64,000 nt of DNA from a virus. Location: IMG/VR virus record IMGVR_UViG_3300025117_000002; one strand, given 5' to 3'. The notes beneath the pieces are model-generated. The model did no database searches. It saw only the letters and a program-made list of their open reading frames with translations, and was not told where the DNA came from. Of the stretch, positions 9,277 to 16,525 are shown piece by piece; the stretch's first letter is position 1; every line of letters starts with the position of its first letter. The position numbers and the translations under genes were made by a program.

Positions 9277-10398
9277 TCACCTCAGATTAGTATATTGCCC
9301 TAGCTTCTCAGGGTTTTCCCTAAAATACTGCTCCAACTCCTTGCGACGAAAGTTTGCCCCCTCATACAGATACCAACCACTGGTTGTCTCGCCCTCTTTG
9401 TTGCACCCAGGCTTGATAATCCCTTCCCCTCGCAGCAGATCAAAACAACCGCTAGTGTAGTCTAACCCACGATCAAAGTACAGATCAAAGGTAGTCTCTT
9501 GGAAAGGCTTGACTATCTTGTTCTTTTTGGCTTGAGCTTTGCCTCGTACTCCTATAATCGGATCATCTTTCTTAGGCTTAGGAGCACCACCTTTTTTGCC
9601 TTTGGCTTTAGCTTCTTCCTCTGGCTTCGTTTCTTCTTCCTCATCACCAGTACTGGCTGCTCTAAGCATCTCTATTATAGAAAGCCTAAGCCTGATAGAA
9701 GCCCAAAAGCCTAGAGCATCCCCTCCAGTTGTATACTCATCTGAGCCGAACATCACCCCTATCTTATGCTTAAGCTGATTGACAACTACAAAAGCCACAT
9801 TGTATTTACCTATTAGACTTGTCATCTTCCTGGCACCTACAGTAATGGCTGTAGCTTTCTCTGTTCTGTATCCACCGATATCGTCAACATCAGTGTTCTT
9901 CTCTTCCTTAGATGGAACCTGAGCAATACTATCACCAACATAGACAACATAGGCAGTAGGATCAGCCTTGAAAATATTAGACAAAGTAAACTCAGCTTTG
10001 TCCCAATAATCTTCTACAGTTTCTGAACGTGTATACAGAAGACGGTCATTATCGACCCCAGCAATCTCGCCAAAGAACCTGTCATAAGCATTCTCCATAT
10101 CATCCAAAGCTGCTATGCCACCATGCATCTGGCAATTAGCCAACAGAGCATCCACTAGAAAGCTTTTACCTACTGAATTAGCTCCATAAATCTCTATCAA
10201 CCTGCCAGATGGAGCACCTCCTCCCGTTATCTTGTCCAGCCCCCAATGTCCAAAACTTGTATGACTCTTTATAATAGCAAGATCATTACTGTTATTAAGT
10301 CTTGCCATAGAGTCTTTACCAAACTTACCTTGTACGGCCTTAACTGTACTGTCCAGCACTGCATCCAACGGATTTACGGCTTTACTCTGTCTCTTCAT
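9277..10398 (-). CDS. recA: RecA/UvsX-like recombinase
   Basis: Walker A is IEIYGANSVGKSFLV. Core strand VVYVGDSIAQ, then SIRLRLS ... KKNKIVKPF as in RecA. There is a charged insert of about 35 aa at residues ~247-281. Confidence 0.8.
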   Translation of the reverse strand: MKRQSKAVNPLDAVLDSTVKAVQGKFGKDSMARLNNSNDLAIIKSHTSFGHWGLDKITGGGAPSGRLIEIYGANSVGKSFLVDALLANCQMHGGIAALDDMENAYDRFFGEIAGVDNDRLLYTRSETVEDYWDKAEFTLSNIFKADPTAYVVYVGDSIAQVPSKEEKNTDVDDIGGYRTEKATAITVGARKMTSLIGKYNVAFVVVNQLKHKIGVMFGSDEYTTGGDALGFWASIRLRLSIIEMLRAASTGDEEEETKPEEEAKAKGKKGGAPKPKKDDPIIGVRGKAQAKKNKIVKPFQETTFDLYFDRGLDYTSGCFDLLRGEGIIKPGCNKEGETTSGWYLYEGANFRRKELEQYFRENPEKLGQYTNLR

Positions 10399-10604
10399 TC
10401 TTGCTCCTTATAATGATCTGGCTCGTCACACTTGAAATCGAACTCACTGCCAGAAAGACAGTTGCCATCTGAATCTACCAGGATAGGACCACACCCCTCG
10501 CACAGCACAGCCCACCCCATTCCAGGTTTAAGCTTCTCAGCTGTCTTAAAATCCCCTTCAGGAAAATCGTACAGCTTAGCACACTGATTACAGAACTCAG
10601 CCAT
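10395..10604 (-). CDS. Small Cys-rich protein (69 aa)
   Basis: CNQC ... CEGC ... C..S...C cysteine pairs. ATGA overlap with recA. Confidence 0.4.
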   Translation of the reverse strand: MAEFCNQCAKLYDFPEGDFKTAEKLKPGMGWAVLCEGCGPILVDSDGNCLSGSEFDFKCDEPDHYKEQE

Positions 10605-10884
10605 CTATCTTCTCCTTTCTAGTATAATATATAGCTAAAGCTGTCCATGTAGCATTACCGGCCAACAAGAACACTCCACCTACGAATGACCAGTACTGCC
10701 CCAGCGTAGGATAGTAGTAAAGGTTCCATACCCCCCACATAGAGAAAAAAGCCTGTACACTCCAGTGTACACCTCTTACTTGCTTGTCTTTTAATAGTTT
10801 CCTTACATTGAACCAGTACACAGCTCCGCCTACCAATTCAAACAATCCATTTATAGTATCGACGTTCACTTTACCCCCAAACAA
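10597..10884 (-). CDS. Small integral membrane protein (about 3 TM)
   Basis: Hydrophobic segments LFELVGGAVYWF, AFFSMWGVWNLYYY and WSFVGGVFLLAGNATWTALAIYY. The track TTG start lies inside a terminator stem, so the GTG at 10869 may be the real start. Confidence 0.45.
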   Translation of the reverse strand: MFGGKVNVDTINGLFELVGGAVYWFNVRKLLKDKQVRGVHWSVQAFFSMWGVWNLYYYPTLGQYWSFVGGVFLLAGNATWTALAIYYTRKEKIDG

Positions 10885-10917
10885 AAGGCACTAAGATGTT
10901 TAGTCCTAGTGCCTTTT
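10883..10917 (-). terminator. Rho-independent terminator after the Hc1-like gene
   Basis: AAAAGGCACTA (10883-10893) pairs perfectly with TAGTGCCTTTT (10907-10917) across a 13-nt loop. On the minus strand the stem runs into TTTTGTTTGG. Confidence 0.7.
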
Positions 10918-10940
10918 ATGGCATCTATTATACCTTGCTA

Positions 10941-11120
10941 TTACTCTTCAGCGTGACGTGTTGCAGCTACTTTCTCTCTGACTACTTGTGCAAGTCGTTT
11001 GACTTCCTGCATGTTTTTACGGAGACGAGTACCCGCTACATTGTTACCTCTGGTAAAAAACTTCTCGGCATCCTTTTTCGTTTCAACCAACAGCTTCTCA
11101 AGTGCGACAAATTCATCCAT
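10941..11120 (-). CDS. Hc1-like histone-like DNA-binding protein (59 aa; below the ORF-track cutoff)
   Basis: Hand translation: MDEFVALEKLLVETKKDAEKFFTRGNNVAGTRLRKNMQEVKRLAQVVREKVAATRHAEE. AAGGAG SD 10 nt upstream. The F..(K/R)GN..AG.R.RK...E.K.LA...R core resembles, from memory, chlamydial histone-like Hc1. It has its own terminator. Confidence 0.55.
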   Translation of the reverse strand: MDEFVALEKLLVETKKDAEKFFTRGNNVAGTRLRKNMQEVKRLAQVVREKVAATRHAEE

Positions 11121-11141
11121 GCTAAACTCTCTCCTTTTTTA

Positions 11142-12182
11142 TTATTTCTTTTTCTTTCCTGCATCTTTGCTTTTGAAGCGTTCCAAAGCAGCTTGCATCT
11201 CTTTTTCCAACTCCTCCTCAGAATCTCCACCTTCGGCATTTTTTGCCTCAGTTTCCGTTTCGGTTTCCTCCTCCAGGTCATCGCCATATTTCTCAACAAG
11301 AGCCAGAATACCCTCTTCAGTACCGTCTTCCTCAAGCCATGATGCATACAGCTTCTTGACCTTAGGAACATCCAAGGGCAACCTTTCAATGTACAGTGCA
11401 TACTTCTCTTCTGGATCTATTTTTGGCTTACGAACTAGTTTCTTCTGCTCTGGCTCTTCTTCTTTCTCTTTTTTCGCATCTTTCTTTAGAGTAGATTTTT
11501 TGGCTGTCTTTTCTTCCTCTCCCTTCCGTTCTTTGAGGATATCTTCTTTGCTCTCACCATCCAACAACCGCTCTTGCTCCTTTGCTGTAAACACCTCAGA
11601 ATAAGCTAAAGCATTCAAATCTGACAGCTTAACATCTTCCAGTTTGATTCCAAGCTTTGACGGGTTTTTACGAGCTTCAACAGAGTACTCTGTATCCAAC
11701 TTCTCACCAGTCTTTGTCACTATGAAGTCGTAGTTAAAACCTTTCTCTGCGTCAAACAAATCATCCTGATAATCAATGTGACTGAAGTACTTCAGGATTC
11801 CTTCCAGTACCTGAGGACCGTACTGCGCTACTTTGACTTTGTTGTCATTGTCCCTGTCTATTACATTGGAATAGAAACGAGTCTTTGCTCTAAGTTTACC
11901 TGCAAGATCTTTGTCTGCTTTATTCTTGGTGCCATACAGACCTTCCACCATGTCACAGAAGAAACACTCACTGCCATCGTAAGCCTTGTTACAGACAACA
12001 GCAATAGTATCTTTACCTACCTTAAAGTAGTGAAGATCAACCTCCACATACCAGTCAAGCTCCTCGTCACACAGTATACGAATGTTGTTAGGCCCATCCT
12101 GCCACTGTAGAAAATCACCGCCTCCATTTTTCTTCTTAAGTTCTGCTAGTTTTTTCTTTGCGTCTTCTACTGAGAATGCCAT
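11142..12182 (-). CDS. T4 gp32-like single-stranded DNA-binding protein
   Basis: N-terminal basic patch, an OB region with a zinc-site pattern (H in DLHYFKVG, then VVCNKAYDGSECFFC), and a very long acidic/Lys-rich C-terminal tail. It sits next to recA and the polymerase. Confidence 0.7.
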   Translation of the reverse strand: MAFSVEDAKKKLAELKKKNGGGDFLQWQDGPNNIRILCDEELDWYVEVDLHYFKVGKDTIAVVCNKAYDGSECFFCDMVEGLYGTKNKADKDLAGKLRAKTRFYSNVIDRDNDNKVKVAQYGPQVLEGILKYFSHIDYQDDLFDAEKGFNYDFIVTKTGEKLDTEYSVEARKNPSKLGIKLEDVKLSDLNALAYSEVFTAKEQERLLDGESKEDILKERKGEEEKTAKKSTLKKDAKKEKEEEPEQKKLVRKPKIDPEEKYALYIERLPLDVPKVKKLYASWLEEDGTEEGILALVEKYGDDLEEETETETEAKNAEGGDSEEELEKEMQAALERFKSKDAGKKKK

Positions 12183-12185
12183 GTG

Positions 12186-12686
12186 TTAATCTCCTTTAAG
12201 CTTTTTGATTTTGTCTGCGACTTTCTGCTTGTTTATCTTCAGATCAGCATCAAACTCAGCCCTCATATTGGAAGCGATGCTTATCAGCATATCCTTACGC
12301 TGTTCAAAGGCTTGCTTTGCTATTAGCATAAGTCCTTCGTTCTTTTTAGCATTCAAATAAGCTTCCATCTTGGCTTTATGACTAGTGAGCATCTTCATGA
12401 CTGATTCAACTCCTGCTTCAGTCATCCTGCCATATTTGTCAGTATCCCAATCTTTGCGGATCAAAGGATCAAGCCTTGCTACTTCCAGCTCAAGCTCATT
12501 CTTTGCTATTAGAGTTGCGTTCTTTGCCATCTCGCTAAGCACTGCATACCATGCGAACTGAGAAGGTTGATTGGCCAATTCCTCGTTTATTTCAGCTTTG
12601 TTTATTTCCAGGTCTTCATTTAAATCGCATTGGTAGCTCCGATCTAGTTTAATAGTAAACTTGAGAATTGCATCAATTTTTGACAT
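12186..12686 (-). CDS. Hypothetical coiled-coil protein (166 aa)
   Basis: ORF-track frame with an AAGGAG SD. Helical, charged composition. Confidence 0.4.
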   Translation of the reverse strand: MSKIDAILKFTIKLDRSYQCDLNEDLEINKAEINEELANQPSQFAWYAVLSEMAKNATLIAKNELELEVARLDPLIRKDWDTDKYGRMTEAGVESVMKMLTSHKAKMEAYLNAKKNEGLMLIAKQAFEQRKDMLISIASNMRAEFDADLKINKQKVADKIKKLKGD

Positions 12687-12743
12687 GTTGTTTCCTTTTC
12701 TCCTTAAGGATGAACTTCATACCGTTCATATTGGTATACTCCT

Positions 12744-14102
12744 TTATATGGAAAAATCTTTCAGATCAGCCCAACTTTTGTCACTAAGCTTCAAATCAGC
12801 TGCCAGAGGTACTCCCAAGTCCCAGTATATCAATGGGTTTTGAGGATTAGACATAACAGAAGTAGCCATCTCTGCTATTATATTAACTTCAGACTTATGA
12901 ACACAGAACATAATGGAGTCATGAACTGTAGCAATAATTTTTGACTTAAGCTTGTACTTATTTATTAAATCAATGAGGTTTATAATAGCACAAATTGTAT
13001 ACTGTCCTGCTGTACCTTGAATGGGCATATTCAAAGCTTGTCGTAATGCCTCATACTTTGTAAACTTCTGTGAAGAAGTTACGCCCAACAACCTTCGATA
13101 ATTACCGAACATAGTACTCACATACTTGTGTTCTGTAACAAAATCCTCTACATAATCCAAGAATACCTTAACCCCTGGCATGCTATTAAAATAGTTCTTC
13201 TTAAAGTTCTTAGCCTCCTTCTCAGTCACGCCTAAAGCCTCAGCCAAAGCCTTATCACCTTCACCGTAGATGATTCCAAAGTTAATTGTCTTTGCTGCTT
13301 TTCTCCACTTGCTGTCCTTGTCTACAATGATCCCCGGCTCAGCTATGTCAGCCATCTTCTGACCAGTAGCTAAGTGAATATCCTGACCATTCCTAAAAAT
13401 TTCTAACATTACTTCGTCTTGACAATAAGCCGCCAAGATGCGAAGCTCCATTTGAGAATAGTCTGCCTCCATTAACAGATAGTCACTGTCAAATGGTACA
13501 TACATATTCTTAATGTTAAGCATAGGATCAAAATCAAACCCTATGTCAGCAGCTTTTATGTTCTTTGGAATTTGCTGTAGATTAGGATCAAAGCAAACAA
13601 GACGACCTGTAACTGTTATCGGAAGATAAGTACTATGTATTCTCCCATCTAAACAGATATGCCCATGCACAGGTTTAATAAACATCTTGTACAGTGTGGC
13701 ATACTTCTTATGCTGATTGATAAGAGATACTATCTCATGTACATCCTTAAGCTTTGCAATAGTTTTCTTGCCAGTGCTATATCTCTTACCACTATCTGTC
13801 AGCTCCAACCCTTCTGTTGACAACCCCATCTCAGTAAAGAACAGTTCATGTATCTGATCCCCTGAATTAAGATTAAACTTCTTCTCAAGCTTTTTCTCTA
13901 CTGACAGTACTTCAGGATAACCACGAACTGCATCTTCCAACTGCGCTAGTTTCTTCTCGTAACCCTTCTCCATCATAGACAGAGTAGCTATATCAATCTG
14001 AAACCCTGACTTTTCTATACCTTGTATGGCATAGATAGCCGGAATAAACAGATGGTCATGCACCTCCTGAAAGCTATTCCTTGAAGGGAAAACATCACTC
14101 AT
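12744..14102 (-). CDS. polA: Family-A DNA polymerase, polymerase (thumb/palm/fingers) domain only
   Basis: Motif A DYSQMELRILAAY, motif B RKAAKTINFGIIYG, motif C ATVHDSIMF. It starts exactly where the thumb begins and has no exonuclease domain of its own. Confidence 0.9.
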   Translation of the reverse strand: MSDVFPSRNSFQEVHDHLFIPAIYAIQGIEKSGFQIDIATLSMMEKGYEKKLAQLEDAVRGYPEVLSVEKKLEKKFNLNSGDQIHELFFTEMGLSTEGLELTDSGKRYSTGKKTIAKLKDVHEIVSLINQHKKYATLYKMFIKPVHGHICLDGRIHSTYLPITVTGRLVCFDPNLQQIPKNIKAADIGFDFDPMLNIKNMYVPFDSDYLLMEADYSQMELRILAAYCQDEVMLEIFRNGQDIHLATGQKMADIAEPGIIVDKDSKWRKAAKTINFGIIYGEGDKALAEALGVTEKEAKNFKKNYFNSMPGVKVFLDYVEDFVTEHKYVSTMFGNYRRLLGVTSSQKFTKYEALRQALNMPIQGTAGQYTICAIINLIDLINKYKLKSKIIATVHDSIMFCVHKSEVNIIAEMATSVMSNPQNPLIYWDLGVPLAADLKLSDKSWADLKDFSI

Positions 14103-14635
14103 AACTGTACCTGAATCAACACCTCAAACCAGGAATGTACACGAACAAGACTAGGCTCCTGTACCTGTCTATTCCAAGGACGATCCATAAGAATTCTCTT
14201 CCCTGGAAAATTAATAAGATTCTTGGGATAGTCATCTATCAGCACATCACCACGTACCATATGTTTTTGACCTGTACAGATGACTCTATCTCGTCCTACA
14301 AACGGAACATGTTTATCTATCCATTCAAGCTTCTCAAAATAAGCAAAGCGTGAATCTGTAGGAGATTTTGTAACAAAATAAATATCATGCTTATCCAGAT
14401 ATAGTTGCATGAGTGCATCAACAGACTCTAAGTAAGGCTCACAATTAAGAAACAAACCTTCTACCTTGAGATAGTCGAATATCTTATTACCACACTCTGG
14501 CTTGACACACTTTGACCAATTGAAATCATTTATATCTTCTACAGTAAGACAGTCATTATAGTCTCTGTTATACATCTCAAGCCACGGCTTTTCCAACTGA
14601 GCCACTACACCATCCATGTCACATAGAATAACCAT
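14099..14635 (-). CDS. 5'(3')-deoxyribonucleotidase (HAD / NT5C family)
   Basis: MVILCDMDGVVAQ (DxDxV nucleophile motif), FVTKSP, EKLEWIDKH, GDVLIDDYPKN. ATGA overlap with the polymerase-domain ORF. Confidence 0.75.
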   Translation of the reverse strand: MVILCDMDGVVAQLEKPWLEMYNRDYNDCLTVEDINDFNWSKCVKPECGNKIFDYLKVEGLFLNCEPYLESVDALMQLYLDKHDIYFVTKSPTDSRFAYFEKLEWIDKHVPFVGRDRVICTGQKHMVRGDVLIDDYPKNLINFPGKRILMDRPWNRQVQEPSLVRVHSWFEVLIQVQL

Positions 14636-15072
14636 CAGTTACATCCTTTCCTACAATGATTTTTACGAAAGGTTTCTGTACAATAACAGCGAGACTTCTC
14701 TCTGAGCCTCTGCAACTCTGCTAGCACCTCCTCCCTTGTATTAAACAACTGTACATCTTTATGCCATAGCAGTATATTCTCTCTCCGTCCCAGCACCAAG
14801 ATCGGTATGCCTAAGCCTAAAGCTACTCCAGCCTCAACAAACTTGCCGCCAGCATAATACTCATCATCACTTATAAGCACCATAGCATCTGCTTTCTTAA
14901 CCTCTTCCGTGTCTCTTACAGCTATAGCCTCTCGCTCCTCTTCAGTGTAGTCAGCTGTACGCTTGAATACCTTGTACACCCAGGTAGAAACAATGTCAAA
15001 ACCATTGTTGTCAAGAGTACTTGCCATCATCTGAGCTTTGTCTTGCTTGCATGCTGCAACATATATCTTCAT
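14635..15072 (-). CDS. Nucleoside 2-deoxyribosyltransferase / dNMP N-glycosidase (Rcl)-like protein
   Basis: MKIYVAA start, ADAMVLISDD and GGKFVEAGVALGLGIPILVLG (conserved Glu plus a GxPV-like strand) fit the PF05014-type fold. Start and stop overlap both neighbours. Confidence 0.55.
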   Translation of the reverse strand: MKIYVAACKQDKAQMMASTLDNNGFDIVSTWVYKVFKRTADYTEEEREAIAVRDTEEVKKADAMVLISDDEYYAGGKFVEAGVALGLGIPILVLGRRENILLWHKDVQLFNTREEVLAELQRLREKSRCYCTETFRKNHCRKGCN

Positions 15073-16253
15073 ACTGTTTCCTCTCTATTAGATAATAGTG
15101 GACTAATTTTATGATCGATCCTGATAGATGCATCTGTATCTGCCGCAGCATACGGTATAAGCACCTTCCACGGTATATTCCGATACGAACCGCCACGCTC
15201 AGGATCACAGTCCTTGTGCTGTGCTTTGTACCTTTCCAACCCTTCCCAGTAACTACCCATTTCTGGACAAAACTGCCACACTAAATAGTCAAGAGCATGA
15301 GTACCTGACAATTCATTTAATAAATAAGACTTCATCATGATATCAGAAACTATGTTATTCAACCTGATTCCTTCGGCTATCTCAAACCACATCAAATCGA
15401 ACTTTGCATTCTGTAGTATCTTTCTAATATCAGACTCACATATAAGCTTCATCACTGTTTTAGCGTACTCCAGCATCTTCCCTGTAAATACCATCTCTTT
15501 GTTATAAATAGGGATGACGTATGACTCATACTCCTTGAAAGAAAACTGACAACAAACAATCTGAGCACCTTCCTTGAACGGATTAAGGCAAGAATCCTCT
15601 GTATCGACTGCTACCTCTTCCTGATCGGAGGCATAGTCTAATAGATCATCCAACTTCTTTTTAGTGTCACAGAAGACGTAGTTGACTGGCTGTTCTTCAG
15701 TAGGCATGGTACCTGTAAACTCTTTATAGAGCGTCTCCAGGTCTTTCAGAAAGGGATTCAGATAAGTGTCATCCTTTACGACCACTTCAGGGTTCAATGT
15801 AGGAACTACTGGAATACCCTCATAATCAAAGATTCGACCTCGCTTAGAGGTTATGCCTGTCTCCCCTAATACAGCCTTGAGAGCCACACCACCTAATAAA
15901 AGAATGATCTTTGGTTTGTATACTTCTATCTCTGCTAATAGATAAGGTTTGCAGGTTTTGACTTCTTTATCGGTAGGCTCTCGGTTGAGAGTTTTGTTCC
16001 ACTTCCTTTGTGTTGGCCTACATTTCACGACATAAGTATAAGCTATTTTATTAGCACTAAATCCATTACCCACCAAAGCCAGCCGCAACAGTTCTCCAGC
16101 CTCTCCAACCAGGACACCCCCACACTTATCATCAGATTCATGTGGGCAATCCCCAATCACCAACACATCTGGATTTGGCCTACCTTCTATTCTGATTCTT
16201 GGGGTTTCGCACTGAGTATGAAGAGAACAACTTTCTTCAAATTCACATTGCAT
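15069..16253 (-). CDS. Family-4 UDG-like domain fused to a DnaQ-type 3'-5' exonuclease domain (N-terminal part of the split PolA)
   Basis: UDG4-like: VLVIGDCPHESDDKCGGVLVGEAGELL ... YVVKCRP ... IILLLGGVALKAVLG. Exo I VAVDTEDS, Exo II NAKFDLMWF, Exo III YAAADTDA. It ends 30 aa after Exo III. Confidence 0.85.
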   Translation of the reverse strand: MQCEFEESCSLHTQCETPRIRIEGRPNPDVLVIGDCPHESDDKCGGVLVGEAGELLRLALVGNGFSANKIAYTYVVKCRPTQRKWNKTLNREPTDKEVKTCKPYLLAEIEVYKPKIILLLGGVALKAVLGETGITSKRGRIFDYEGIPVVPTLNPEVVVKDDTYLNPFLKDLETLYKEFTGTMPTEEQPVNYVFCDTKKKLDDLLDYASDQEEVAVDTEDSCLNPFKEGAQIVCCQFSFKEYESYVIPIYNKEMVFTGKMLEYAKTVMKLICESDIRKILQNAKFDLMWFEIAEGIRLNNIVSDIMMKSYLLNELSGTHALDYLVWQFCPEMGSYWEGLERYKAQHKDCDPERGGSYRNIPWKVLIPYAAADTDASIRIDHKISPLLSNREETV

Positions 16254-16435
16254 ATTTCACAGTCCTTAGAGACGAGACGAGGGTAAACATGCCTTAGCAT
16301 GCCTACCCCCTTATCGTTACTTATTTGCTACTACAATTTGCTGATCTTTTTCTAAATTTGACCTCTTTGTTTCACAGCAGCGATCCATCATAGATATCTC
16401 TCTTCATCTGGACTCTCCCTTTTATTAGAAGTTTT

Positions 16436-16520
16436 TTGGGTTAATGGCCATTCCGGTTAAACCTACGGCTAGGTGTTACTGCCGATCTGTGTGGCAGATA
16501 GCTTTCCGGCACTAACCCAA
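16436..16520 (-). other. Structured intergenic element (multi-hairpin, closed by an 8-bp stem)
   Basis: TTGGGTTA (16436-16443) pairs with TAACCCAA (16513-16520). Inside are hairpins CTGCC-9nt-GGCAG and ACCTA-CGGC-TAGGT (plus-strand reading; ACCTA-GCCG-TAGGT on the minus strand) and the 10-bp palindrome AATGGCCATT. Confidence 0.3.
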
Positions 16521-16525
16521 ACTAA

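Noticed and set aside
10896-11604. Long plus-strand ORFs (148 aa and 201 aa), and similar ones at 18465..18953, 43659..44207, 1902..2336 and 36257..36622.
   Set aside because: They lie antisense to well-supported minus-strand genes (SSB, DUF932, tube and others). They have Ser/Phe/Leu-rich low-complexity translations typical of shadow frames and lack SD sequences.
12687-12743. 18-codon mini-ORF (MNGMKFILKEKRKQHVKN) with a good AAAGGAG SD between the polymerase gene and the 166-aa gene.
   Set aside because: The SD probably serves re-initiation for the downstream gene. This is too short to call.
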